From IMG/VR virus record IMGVR_UViG_3300047299_000067, positions 1 to 64,000 of that record: a stretch of 64,000 nt of DNA; one strand, written 5' to 3'. The stretch comes from a virus. Position 1 is the stretch's first letter, and every line of letters starts with the position of its first letter. This document shows, one piece after another, positions 32,159 to 42,278 of the stretch. The notes under the pieces were generated by a model. That model was given only the letters and a program-made list of their open reading frames with translations, did not search any database and was not told the origin of the DNA. The translations under genes were made by a program, and so were the position numbers.

Positions 32159-32908
32159 ATGCTAGATGTATTTTTTCTTAGTTATAACGAACCATACGCC
32201 GATGAGAACTACGAACTTTTATTGAAAAAGGTTCCACATGCTCGTCGTGTAAATGGTATTCGAGGCTTTACAGAAGCACATCAAGAATGTGCCAAAAGAA
32301 GTTTTACCAATAACTTTTATGTTGTAGATTCTGATGCTATAATAGTTGATGACTTTACTTTTGACTTTACGCCCAGTAAACATTTAACTTGGTGGGGTAT
32401 TCCGGAAGCAGAATGTTTGTGTTTATGGAATAGCCAAAATCCAATCAACGGATTAGTTTACGGACACGGCGGTGTTAAGTTATTGCCAAAAGCAAGTTTA
32501 TTAACTAAAAATCCGGATACAATTGATTTTACAACCGGATTTGGATTAAGCATTAAAGTGTTCGATACTGTTAGCAACATAACAAAATTTAACTATGACG
32601 AGTTTAGCACTTGGCGTAGTGCGTTTCGCGAATGTGTTAAGCTAACAACGAACTTAACTAACGACGAACTTAAATATAAGTTAAATTATAATTTAGTAGA
32701 GTTAGAAAAGATACGAAATGAAAGTCGTGCAAGACTCGAAATATGGATGACTAAAGGTGCCAAGAAACCGTTTGGTAAGTATGCATTAAACGGTGCAATC
32801 GCTGGCAACCGATACGGAACTGAAAATGCAGCAGACCGAGAAGCATTGAAACAAATTAACAATTTAGACTGGATGAAAGATGAGTTTATTAAATTCTATA
32901 ACAACTAA
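32159..32908 (+). CDS. Putative glycosyltransferase, family A (copy 2)
   Basis: SYNEP, VVDSD, NGLVYGHGGVKL, WRSAFREC. Confidence 0.6.
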   Translation: MLDVFFLSYNEPYADENYELLLKKVPHARRVNGIRGFTEAHQECAKRSFTNNFYVVDSDAIIVDDFTFDFTPSKHLTWWGIPEAECLCLWNSQNPINGLVYGHGGVKLLPKASLLTKNPDTIDFTTGFGLSIKVFDTVSNITKFNYDEFSTWRSAFRECVKLTTNLTNDELKYKLNYNLVELEKIRNESRARLEIWMTKGAKKPFGKYALNGAIAGNRYGTENAADREALKQINNLDWMKDEFIKFYNN

Positions 32909-33899
32909 AAACATAGCAGTACCAAAACAAGACGAAGTTATTAAACTTAAAGACATGCCTGTTGTCTTTTTAAGCTACGACGAACCTAATGCAGATGAAA
33001 ATTTTGAATATTTAAAGTCAAAACACCCTAATTATAAAAAAATTAAACGAGTGCATGGCGTTAAGGGATTTGATGCAGCACACAAAGAAGCCGCTCGTGT
33101 AGCAGATTCTGAACGCTTTTTTACTATAGATGCAGATTGTCGTGTCGACCGTGCTATATGGTCTAAAAGCATTAAACTAACCCCGGATATTGCACAAGCA
33201 ACATTGAGTTGGAGCAGCAGAAACATTGTCAATGGCTTAGTATACGGCAACGGCGGAGTTAAGCTATGGTATTCCGAGCATGTTAAAAACATGCAAAGTC
33301 ACGAAGCTGCTGATAAAGAAGATGGCAGAAACAATGTGGATTTTTGTTGGGACCCTGCTAACTATAAACAAATGAACAGCACATATGGCGTGGTGCATAA
33401 CAACTCTACTGCCAAGCAAGCCTTTAGAGCAGGTTATCGCGAAGGCATTAAAATGGGCTTGGACCAAGGCAACTTGGTAGCAGTGGAAGATTTTAATCAT
33501 AAAATGTATCCTGCTAACTATGCTCGTTGGTTGATTTGGATGACTGTTGGCCGCGATGTTGAAAACGGCGATTGGTCCATTTACGGAGCAAGATTAGCTG
33601 CTCGCATGTTATATATCGATCGTGTTGACCATACAACAATTGCAGATTACGATTGGTTTGATAAATTCTGGGAACAACAATGCCAAGAACTTAATCACGG
33701 CGAGTATTTGGAAAGTCATAGCCATAGAATTGCAAACGAACTTAGAACTCAACTTAATTTACCTTTAGTAGAATTAGATGCAGACCAAAGCACATGGTTT
33801 AAGCATGTGCATATCAGCCCGAGCAAAGGTCAAGGATGGCCGGAATTATTAAACCAAAGTGCATTGCCGTTATATGGATTTACTCTCCCAAAATTCTAA
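32880..33899 (+). CDS. Putative glycosyltransferase, family A (copy 3)
   Basis: SYDEPNA, HGVKGFDAAH, IDAD, NGLVYGNGGVKLW. Confidence 0.6.
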   Translation: MSLLNSITTKNIAVPKQDEVIKLKDMPVVFLSYDEPNADENFEYLKSKHPNYKKIKRVHGVKGFDAAHKEAARVADSERFFTIDADCRVDRAIWSKSIKLTPDIAQATLSWSSRNIVNGLVYGNGGVKLWYSEHVKNMQSHEAADKEDGRNNVDFCWDPANYKQMNSTYGVVHNNSTAKQAFRAGYREGIKMGLDQGNLVAVEDFNHKMYPANYARWLIWMTVGRDVENGDWSIYGARLAARMLYIDRVDHTTIADYDWFDKFWEQQCQELNHGEYLESHSHRIANELRTQLNLPLVELDADQSTWFKHVHISPSKGQGWPELLNQSALPLYGFTLPKF

Positions 33900-34572
33900 T
33901 ATCCCTGTATACTTTTTATACACAGATGAAAAGAACTTAAATGCAAATTGGAACAGACTATTAAAATTCGCCCCTGAAGCTGTGGCAGTTAGTAGCATTG
34001 GTTCTATATTCGAAAGCCACAAGCATATTGCAAAACAATGTGCCTCGGATAGATTTTATGTAGTCGATGCAGATTGTTGGATTGTTGATAGATTTAGTTT
34101 TGATAAAAAGATAGATTTAACACCGCGCAGTGTTGCAGTGTTTAGGGCAAAGAATCCGATCAATGGATTAGTTTACGGTCATGGCGGGATTAAATTGTTC
34201 AGCAAAGATTGTTTTGACGTGGAGCGTCTCAATCGTCCCGACATGACCACCACTCTTGCAGATAGTTATATTAAAGTTAATATACTAGCAAGCGAACACA
34301 GATTTAATTACACTCCGTATGCTACGTGGCGAACAGCGTTTAGAGAAGCTATAAAGTTAAGTGCTGGTATTAATAAAAACAACAACGATCAAGAAAGCCT
34401 CGATCGCCTTAACATGTGGCTTAACGCAGGTAATGAAGCAGAGTATGGATATTTTGCCATACAAGGTGCCCGCGCTGGCGAGCAGTATGCTAGAACAAAA
34501 AATGCAGACTTTACGTTGGTAAACGATTTTGATTGGCTACAAGAACAATTTAATACTTGGGTTGGAATTTAA
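33874..34572 (+). CDS. Putative glycosyltransferase, family A (copy 4)
   Basis: VVDAD, NGLVYGHGGIKL, WRTAFREA. Start inferred at the ATG at 33874. Confidence 0.6.
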   Translation: MDLLSQNSNIPVYFLYTDEKNLNANWNRLLKFAPEAVAVSSIGSIFESHKHIAKQCASDRFYVVDADCWIVDRFSFDKKIDLTPRSVAVFRAKNPINGLVYGHGGIKLFSKDCFDVERLNRPDMTTTLADSYIKVNILASEHRFNYTPYATWRTAFREAIKLSAGINKNNNDQESLDRLNMWLNAGNEAEYGYFAIQGARAGEQYARTKNADFTLVNDFDWLQEQFNTWVGI

Positions 34573-35432
34573 TGTTAGACGATAATTCTATTACCTGGTT
34601 ATTTGGTATTGAAAAATACTTTCACTTTCAGCGTCAATTCGATCAAGAACTGTTTATTCGTTCGTTGATTAATTTAAAATACAGCGACCAAATAAACAAG
34701 CCATGGAAGTTGCGTGATTTAATAACTTTAGATTACTCGCTATATCCTACAGATAGCAGAGAACATCGCACTAATATATACACTAAGTTATGTGTCGAAA
34801 ATAATATAACAACTCAAGAAGTAGTTTACTTGTTAAGTTCGATTTGGCCAACAGACGCATTGATTAGTAAGTTGCATCACATAGTAGCGTTAAACCAGGG
34901 AGAACTGTTAGCAACAGTATTTTCTAAAGGGCAAGTGTTTAGTAAAATATGGATGTCGGAAATACTTTCTAAGTTTGATTTAAAGTTCGATAGTATTTTA
35001 TTAATCGGTGGCTGGCTAGCACATCATACTTTATATTTGAATGATGTTAAGTTTAATGAGCTTTACAGCATTGATCCCGATTCGAGCATAAACGAGTTGA
35101 TTGAAATTGTTAACCCTGGTGCTATAGTTGTTAATAAACAAATAAACGAGTGCTTTGATTTTGCAAATAATATTACAATATATGGTAAAACAATACTACC
35201 AAGTTTAGTTATCAATACTTCTGCAGAGCATATGGACAACGCATGGTACGAAAAACTTGCACCCGGGACAAAAGTCTTTATTGAAAGCAATGATTATGAT
35301 ATACCCGAGCACATTAACTGGTGCACAAATTTAGAAAACTTTGCAGCTAAGTATCCTATGCAAACAGTTTATTATCGCGGAGAATTGGCACTTTCTAAAT
35401 ACAAGCGTTTTGCACTTTACGGAATAAAATAA
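34572..35432 (+). CDS. Class I SAM-dependent methyltransferase-like protein
   Basis: GQVFSKIW, ILLIGGW (motif I-like), SIDPD, INTSAEH; TAATG coupling at both ends. Confidence 0.55.
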   Translation: MLDDNSITWLFGIEKYFHFQRQFDQELFIRSLINLKYSDQINKPWKLRDLITLDYSLYPTDSREHRTNIYTKLCVENNITTQEVVYLLSSIWPTDALISKLHHIVALNQGELLATVFSKGQVFSKIWMSEILSKFDLKFDSILLIGGWLAHHTLYLNDVKFNELYSIDPDSSINELIEIVNPGAIVVNKQINECFDFANNITIYGKTILPSLVINTSAEHMDNAWYEKLAPGTKVFIESNDYDIPEHINWCTNLENFAAKYPMQTVYYRGELALSKYKRFALYGIK

Positions 35433-36604
35433 TGTATAACTATAGCGAAATAAAAACAGTGCATCTAGAAATGACCGAAGCATGCAATGCTTCTTGTCCT
35501 ATGTGTGCGAGAAATCTAAACGGAGGCGAGGTTAGTCCTTTATTACACGGTGCAGAATTATCTATCGCAGATATCGAAAAAATATTCACAGTAGATTTTA
35601 TTAAACAGTTGGATCGAATTTACATGTGCGGGAACTACGGCGACCCGGCGGTAGCAAGCGACACCCTCGAAGCTTTTGCGTACTTTAGAGAAAACAATCC
35701 TAAAATAAATCTAAGCATGCATACTAACGGCAGTATGAAAAAGCCAGAATGGTGGGCAGAACTTGCGGGAGTTATCGGCAAACGAGGTTATGTTATATTT
35801 GGCATCGACGGACTTGAGGATACTAATCATTTATATAGACAAGGAACTGTTTGGAAAAAGATTATGGAAAATGCCCGAGCGTTTATCGAAGCCGGCGGTA
35901 GAGCACGTTGGGATTATATCGTATTTGCACACAATGAACATCAAGTGGAGCAAGCCGAGCAATTGGCAAAGGATATGAACTTTGAAAAGTTTAATGTTAA
36001 AAAGTCAAACAGATTCTTTAGCAACACCCGCGGCGAAGTTAAACAAGAGCACCAAGCAGGTAATCGCAAAGGTGCTGCAACTACTTTACTTGCCATGCCC
36101 ACCGATCCTAAATATCACAACCAAGCTATTAAAAAATTGAGTGACTTAACCAAAGGACAACAGTCCGATCCGTATCAGCTGATTACAACTGTAGCAGACT
36201 TAGAAGGTAAAGTTGGCAGTCAACGGTTTTCTTCGGACCCTGATAAGAAAAAGCCAATGGAAAAGTATTGGGACGAAGTCCCAATCAAATGTAAAGTAGC
36301 CGAAGAAAAAAGCATTTACATAACAGCAGAAGGATATTTGCAACCATGCTGCTGGACTGCTGGACAAATGTATGTGTGGTACTGGAAAGACCGTGGAGGA
36401 CAAATTTGGAACGCTATAGATCAAGCAGGACTAGATACACTTGATTTAAAACAACATTCTCTAGAACAAGTTATAAGTGGTAAATTCATTCAAGAAGTCA
36501 TTCCCGACAGTTGGAGCAAACCCAGCTGTGCAGAGGGAAAACTGGCAGTATGTGCCAAGACTTGCGGCACTAAATACGATGTATTTACAAGCCAATTTAA
36601 ATGA
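35432..36604 (+). CDS. Radical SAM protein with C-terminal SPASM/twitch domain
   Basis: CNASCPMC and GNYGDP; C-terminal IKCK..PCC..CAKTC. Confidence 0.9.
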   Translation: MYNYSEIKTVHLEMTEACNASCPMCARNLNGGEVSPLLHGAELSIADIEKIFTVDFIKQLDRIYMCGNYGDPAVASDTLEAFAYFRENNPKINLSMHTNGSMKKPEWWAELAGVIGKRGYVIFGIDGLEDTNHLYRQGTVWKKIMENARAFIEAGGRARWDYIVFAHNEHQVEQAEQLAKDMNFEKFNVKKSNRFFSNTRGEVKQEHQAGNRKGAATTLLAMPTDPKYHNQAIKKLSDLTKGQQSDPYQLITTVADLEGKVGSQRFSSDPDKKKPMEKYWDEVPIKCKVAEEKSIYITAEGYLQPCCWTAGQMYVWYWKDRGGQIWNAIDQAGLDTLDLKQHSLEQVISGKFIQEVIPDSWSKPSCAEGKLAVCAKTCGTKYDVFTSQFK

Positions 36605-37737
36605 ATTTACAACAAATTAAAAAAATAGAACTAGAAATTTCTAGTAATTGCAATGCAGCTTGTCCGGGCTGTGCAAGAACACAATATCAAGGTGATTTTT
36701 CTGTAGAGAATATTACATTAGAGCAAATTAAAAATATCTTTCCTGATAGAGAATCTATTGTTGATAAGAATTTTAAATTGTGCGGGGTGTTAGGCGATCC
36801 AATTATCAACAAGGACTGTTTAGAAATCGTGCGTTATATTGTTGCCAATGACGGATACTGCCAACTTAGCACTAACGCTGGATTACGAGATGCTGAGTTC
36901 TGGACAGAACTTGGTGTGCTGTCTAAATATACCAATCGTGTTGATGTAAATTTTTGTATAGACGGTCACCGAGACACTAATCACATTTATCGTATTGGCA
37001 CAGACTGGGCAGTTATTGAACGCAACCTAGAAGCATATTGTTCGGCAACTGAATATAAACCTGCAGGGACCTGGGTTTATATTGTATTCGATCATAACGA
37101 ACACGAACTAGAAACGGCCCAGAAGCATGCCGAACGCTTGGGATTACAATTTGCAACAAGAACAGGTATGCGAAATAGCTTGCATAACTGGGTAAGCGAC
37201 TTAAAAAGAAAAAACAAAGAAACTAAACAGGTAGAATATTCTACCCAAGTTATAACAACTAGCGGAGCAAAAGAGCATAGTAAAAAGGCAATTGTTGCCG
37301 AGCTAGATAATTTTATTAAACTGGCAGAAGAAAAGAAAAATAGAAAAGCTCCGCCGCCAAATATTACTTTTATGCTAACTGAAGAAGATGCATACGAACA
37401 GAAGAAACAAGAAATAGTTTCATCCATTAAATGCAAATTATATCACGAACGAGAACTGTTTATTGCTAGCAACATGACTGTATGGCCGTGCTGCTTCTTA
37501 TGGGACAATATGTTCAGACGTAAAGAACAAATTGTCGATAAGCTAGGTATATTTGACGAAGAATGGAATAGTTTAAAAAAACATTCTATAGACGAGATAT
37601 TAGAGCACCCGTGGTTTGATCATTTACTTCGTGCTTCCTGGGACCCGGATCACCCGCTACATTTTAATAGATGTATTAGAACATGTGCTTACAATAAGGC
37701 ATATCAAAACGAATTTAATTATAAGGATAAGAAATAA
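36601..37737 (+). CDS. Radical SAM protein with C-terminal SPASM/twitch domain; paralog of the upstream gene
   Basis: CNAACPGC and GVLGDP; C-terminal IKCK..PCC..CIRTC. Confidence 0.9.
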   Translation: MNLQQIKKIELEISSNCNAACPGCARTQYQGDFSVENITLEQIKNIFPDRESIVDKNFKLCGVLGDPIINKDCLEIVRYIVANDGYCQLSTNAGLRDAEFWTELGVLSKYTNRVDVNFCIDGHRDTNHIYRIGTDWAVIERNLEAYCSATEYKPAGTWVYIVFDHNEHELETAQKHAERLGLQFATRTGMRNSLHNWVSDLKRKNKETKQVEYSTQVITTSGAKEHSKKAIVAELDNFIKLAEEKKNRKAPPPNITFMLTEEDAYEQKKQEIVSSIKCKLYHERELFIASNMTVWPCCFLWDNMFRRKEQIVDKLGIFDEEWNSLKKHSIDEILEHPWFDHLLRASWDPDHPLHFNRCIRTCAYNKAYQNEFNYKDKK

Positions 37738-39143
37738 TGCAAAAGCTACCAAGTAAAACTTTTTGTATTTTACCGTGGGTGCATTTAAGCACTCGCCCAA
37801 ACGGACATATGCGTGTATGCTGTACGGCAAATGCCAGCAGTGTAGGTCCCACTAACGACAAGGAGCATGGTGGCGAAGTCGGAGTTCTAAAACAAGAAGA
37901 TGGCAAACCGGCTAACTTAAACGTTACGGACTTTCTAAGTAGTTGGAATAATACTTACATGAAAAACACTCGCTTGAAAATGTTGGCAGGCGAAGAACCT
38001 CCGAGTTGTACCAAATGCTATAAAGAAGAACGCGAAGGGCATAAAAGCAAACGTCAATGGGAAACAGCGTATTGGAGCCAACGAGTTGATTTAAACAAGC
38101 TATTAGCAGACACAGACACTGATGGAAGTGTTCCTCCGCAAATTACGTATATCGACATGCGTTTTGGTACTAAGTGCAACTTGGCTTGTGTTATGTGCAG
38201 CCCGCATGACAGTAGTTTATGGATTCCTGAATGGAATAAAATTTATCCAAATATCTCCAACCCGGTGCTTAAAGAAACAATGGGCTGGGATAAAAATGAA
38301 CAAGCTACAAATGGCGCAAGTTACAACTGGCATAAAAACAATCCAGAGTTTTGGACGCAGTTATGGGAACAGATTCCTAACATGAAGCAACTTTATTTTG
38401 CAGGCGGCGAGCCGTTGATTATCGACGAACACTATGAAATTTTGGAGCAGTGTATTAAACAAGGCTATGCCAAAGATATGGAAATACGTTATAACAGCAA
38501 TGGCGTAGAATGGCGTGAAGACTTGTTTGAACTTTGGAGCCATTTTAAGCTAGTACGTTTCCATTATAGCGTAGACGCAGTAGGCGAACGAAACGATTAC
38601 ATTCGTTATCCGAGCAAATGGGACCGCAACTTAGAAGCATTTAAGCAGTTGGATGAATTGACAGGCGATAACGTAGAAGTTACAATAGCATGTGCAGTGC
38701 AGGCTTTAAACATTTATTATATTCCCGAGTTCTTAAAGTGGAAGTTAGAACACGGATTTAAAAAGGTTAACATGTGGCCATTTGGCGCAGGTGGCATCAA
38801 CTATCATTTTGTGTACCATCCACCGCATTTAAACGTTAAAGTATTGCCAATGTGGTTTAAAGACGAAATTGAACGCAAGTACGAAGAATTTATACCATGG
38901 TGGCAAGCCAACTGGCAAAAAGGTGTGCCCGAATGGCATAAAGGAAAAGTCACGCAAGAAATGTTCGATTCTGCGGATTACGGTATTAGCAGATTACGTG
39001 GCATGATTAAGTTTGCCAAGAGCGAAGACTGGAGTAATAGATTGCCGGAGATGAAGCAATATTTAGAAGCATTAGATGCACATCGAGGAACAAACTTTTA
39101 CGAAACATTCCCTGAAATGAAGGATATATTTAAAGATGTTTGA
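37737..39143 (+). CDS. Radical SAM protein with N-terminal twitch-like module
   Basis: FCILPW..RVCC..CTKCY; CNLACVMC; AGGEP. Confidence 0.9.
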   Translation: MQKLPSKTFCILPWVHLSTRPNGHMRVCCTANASSVGPTNDKEHGGEVGVLKQEDGKPANLNVTDFLSSWNNTYMKNTRLKMLAGEEPPSCTKCYKEEREGHKSKRQWETAYWSQRVDLNKLLADTDTDGSVPPQITYIDMRFGTKCNLACVMCSPHDSSLWIPEWNKIYPNISNPVLKETMGWDKNEQATNGASYNWHKNNPEFWTQLWEQIPNMKQLYFAGGEPLIIDEHYEILEQCIKQGYAKDMEIRYNSNGVEWREDLFELWSHFKLVRFHYSVDAVGERNDYIRYPSKWDRNLEAFKQLDELTGDNVEVTIACAVQALNIYYIPEFLKWKLEHGFKKVNMWPFGAGGINYHFVYHPPHLNVKVLPMWFKDEIERKYEEFIPWWQANWQKGVPEWHKGKVTQEMFDSADYGISRLRGMIKFAKSEDWSNRLPEMKQYLEALDAHRGTNFYETFPEMKDIFKDV

Positions 39144-40071
39144 ACGAAACACTAATGTAGGTTTTGATTTTAATTGGAGCAGAGTTCCTGACTCTAATAT
39201 AACTAAAAGAAACATAACCGTTATACATGACTTTTTGCAAGAAAATAAAAAGAATGTAGATTGGAATAATATTTACAATATAAATGGTATTCCTATTTAC
39301 TTGAATCGAGAGGAAGAAAACATAGCAATAACATTAAGTGGCGGTGCAGACAGCTCGATGTTATTATTTTTGCTATGCAGTTTGATAGAAGACTTAAAAA
39401 TAAATCCAACTATTCATGCGATTACAATGGTTAGATTTTGGCGAGATAGAATTTATATAGAAGATTTAGTTGCAAACGTTATTGGCTTTATAAATTCTAG
39501 ATTCCCTAATATAAAAATAAAATCTCATTTTGGATTCATTCCTACCGCGTTAGAAACTACTCCTTTAGAAAATTTAAATTTTAGACTAGATCCTGCATGG
39601 TCGGGGAGAAAACCTGACGATTTAAAGGGCCGATTTGCTGATGTTTATGCCGTAGGCGATTATTCTGATTATGTATGCAGCAGAAATAATATCGGTTATT
39701 CTTATACAGGAACAACTACTAACCCCGAGCACCATATTGCATTGGCTCCTGAATTTAGAAATGTTAAGGAAATAGATCCCAACAGATACAGCTATCAATT
39801 TTTTAAGAAAATAGGAAAAAATACTTTTTCAATGGGTCCATTTGAATATATACAAAAAAACTGGGTTATGGCGCAGTACGAAAACTTCGGGTTAGAAGAT
39901 TATATGATGATGACTCGTAGCTGCGAAGGCGGAAAACATAATATGGATTTAACTTTCGGCCCCGGTAAATGGACGGCCGAAGGAAGCAAATATGTCTGCG
40001 GTCGTTGTTTTTTCTGCAATGAAAGATCATGGGCATTAGATTCGAAAATGCCGTTTTTAATTAAGAAATAA
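39136..40071 (+). CDS. QueC-like PP-loop ATPase (adenine nucleotide alpha-hydrolase)
   Basis: LSGGADS PP-loop; C-terminal TRSCE..CGRCFFC zinc-binding pattern. Confidence 0.7.
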   Translation: MFERNTNVGFDFNWSRVPDSNITKRNITVIHDFLQENKKNVDWNNIYNINGIPIYLNREEENIAITLSGGADSSMLLFLLCSLIEDLKINPTIHAITMVRFWRDRIYIEDLVANVIGFINSRFPNIKIKSHFGFIPTALETTPLENLNFRLDPAWSGRKPDDLKGRFADVYAVGDYSDYVCSRNNIGYSYTGTTTNPEHHIALAPEFRNVKEIDPNRYSYQFFKKIGKNTFSMGPFEYIQKNWVMAQYENFGLEDYMMMTRSCEGGKHNMDLTFGPGKWTAEGSKYVCGRCFFCNERSWALDSKMPFLIKK

Positions 40072-40072
40072 C

Positions 40073-41443
40073 ATGACTAATCCGATTACTTGCTATTATA
40101 CATTAGGCGGCATAAACTATAAAAATGGCTTTGTTACAAGCTGCCCGCAACAAAGCGACCAGCTTTACATTATGAAAGAAGGGCAATCTATTAAGCCCAG
40201 TGATATCATTAATTCCGAGGGCTTTAAAAAGCACAGAAAAGAAATGATGTCCGGACAATGGAGCGCAGGTTGTCATTTATGTAAAGAAATTGAAGTAAAT
40301 GGCGCCGGGCATAGTATGAGAAAGGATTACCCTGCAACAACGTTACACTATAATGAAGAAACTGGAGAAATTGATTTTGCTGGCGTAAAGCATTTAGAGT
40401 TGCGTTTTAGTAACGCATGCAATTTTGCATGTTTGCATTGTAGCGATGTGTATAGTAGCGGCTGGATGAGTAAATTAAAATACTACGAACCAGACAAAGA
40501 TGACTTTAGATTTCAGTTGATTCAATTAACCAAAAAGATGCATCGTGTTGGCGCAGAAGATAAACTATCTATTGACATTGATATAGAAAGCATGGAAGTT
40601 ATTGTTAATGACTTAATTGCAAACTTTCCTAACTTAGAAAAAATCGACTTCGCCGGTGGAGAAGTATTATATCAAAAGCAATTCTTGCCATGCTTAGAGT
40701 TATTAGCAACACATCCTAATGCAAAAAACATAGGAATAGTATTTCATTCTAACTTTAATGCTCGCGCAGACCTTCATAGATTATACAATGCATTAAAGAA
40801 TTTTAAATGCACTCCGGAATTGCCAGAATCTATAACGACGACAATTATGTTAAGTTTAGATTCCGGCAAGAATATTTACGACTACTTCAGAACTGGTCAA
40901 TGGGAAGTTCTTAAACAAAATTTGAGTGAGTTCAATTCATATGATATCGACAATAAAATAAAATTAACAATTGTATGTACTACAAGCGCTTACCAAATTA
41001 TGGACATTGAAAACATTTTTAGTTCTTTCTTAGAATTAGACGTGAATGAGATTAGCTCTAGTATCGTATATACACCTAAATACTTAAATCCATCATTGAT
41101 GATGTTAAATTTTAAAGACAGTGTGCTAGCGGATTTGGAATCTACAAAGAAAATAATAGCCAATGCAAATTTTGAAAGATATAAAAATATTGCCGTAACG
41201 TCAAAAAAACGTTCGTGGCATCCGGTTGCAAAAACATTTAAAGATATAATTTCGGCACAAGACGCAATAGAAAATATTAAAACATATATTACTAATACTG
41301 TTCTACCAGACACAGAATATATGGTTATGTCGTTAGAGCATTATATAGGCAAAACAGACAAGATCTGGAAACAAGAATTTAATGAAAGATTTGTTAAGTA
41401 CAAATACATAGACGGAAAGATTATAAGGAACGAACATGATTGA
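40073..41443 (+). CDS. Radical SAM protein with N-terminal twitch-like module
   Basis: TCYY..TSCP..CHLC; CNFACLHC; AGGEV. Confidence 0.88.
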   Translation: MTNPITCYYTLGGINYKNGFVTSCPQQSDQLYIMKEGQSIKPSDIINSEGFKKHRKEMMSGQWSAGCHLCKEIEVNGAGHSMRKDYPATTLHYNEETGEIDFAGVKHLELRFSNACNFACLHCSDVYSSGWMSKLKYYEPDKDDFRFQLIQLTKKMHRVGAEDKLSIDIDIESMEVIVNDLIANFPNLEKIDFAGGEVLYQKQFLPCLELLATHPNAKNIGIVFHSNFNARADLHRLYNALKNFKCTPELPESITTTIMLSLDSGKNIYDYFRTGQWEVLKQNLSEFNSYDIDNKIKLTIVCTTSAYQIMDIENIFSSFLELDVNEISSSIVYTPKYLNPSLMMLNFKDSVLADLESTKKIIANANFERYKNIAVTSKKRSWHPVAKTFKDIISAQDAIENIKTYITNTVLPDTEYMVMSLEHYIGKTDKIWKQEFNERFVKYKYIDGKIIRNEHD

Positions 41444-42278
41444 TTTTAGTGCAAGCAACGATTTATACAAGAATATACCAGAGTCGTACGGGAACATTCG
41501 ACTATTCCGTTTCGACGGATTAGATCTACCATTTAATCCCGATTGGAAGAACATTGGTATTAACTTAAGTGGCGGCGCCGACAGTAGTTGTTTGCTAATG
41601 TTGTTATGCAAAATTATAGAAGAAACTAAATCTGATTGCCGGGTACATGTAATCCAACATCATCGTTGCTGGAATATTCGTCCGTGGCAAGGCCCAGTTG
41701 CATTAGAAGTTTTTAACAAATTTAAAGAATTATTCCCCGCTATAGAATTCATTCGCTATAAAAATTTCATCCCTGTTGAATTAGAATGGGGCGTACTTGG
41801 TCCTATTACAACAGATGCAAAAGGCCGTCCTCGATCCGGCGATCAAATCATTGTAGATTCGTTTAACGAATATGTAATGTACAACGAAAATATTGATGCT
41901 ATGTATAATGGTACTAGCAGAAACCCTGATGTAGATTTGCCTCATAAAATGATGAATAGAGAAAAGTCTGCAGAACAAGGCGAGGTTCGTGACTTAATCT
42001 TTAAGAAAGTAAAGGGCTTAGTAATACTTCCTTTTAAGTTCGTTCGTAAGGATTGGATTGTAGCACAATTTTATCGTCAAGGACGTGCAGACTTGTATAA
42101 TACAACACGTAGTTGCGAAGGCAATGTAGGGCATGCAACTAGTGCAGAATTGATCCCGACATTAGAAGATTACAAACCTGGTATGTATGTTCCGTTGTGT
42201 AAAGAATGTTTTTGGTGCTTAGAGAGAGACTGGGCAGATAGCAAATTAGAAGAAACATTAGCGAAACTAAATGACTAA
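41436..42278 (+). CDS. QueC-like PP-loop ATPase, paralog 2
   Basis: LSGGADS; TRSCEG..CKECFWC. Confidence 0.7.
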   Translation: MIDFSASNDLYKNIPESYGNIRLFRFDGLDLPFNPDWKNIGINLSGGADSSCLLMLLCKIIEETKSDCRVHVIQHHRCWNIRPWQGPVALEVFNKFKELFPAIEFIRYKNFIPVELEWGVLGPITTDAKGRPRSGDQIIVDSFNEYVMYNENIDAMYNGTSRNPDVDLPHKMMNREKSAEQGEVRDLIFKKVKGLVILPFKFVRKDWIVAQFYRQGRADLYNTTRSCEGNVGHATSAELIPTLEDYKPGMYVPLCKECFWCLERDWADSKLEETLAKLND

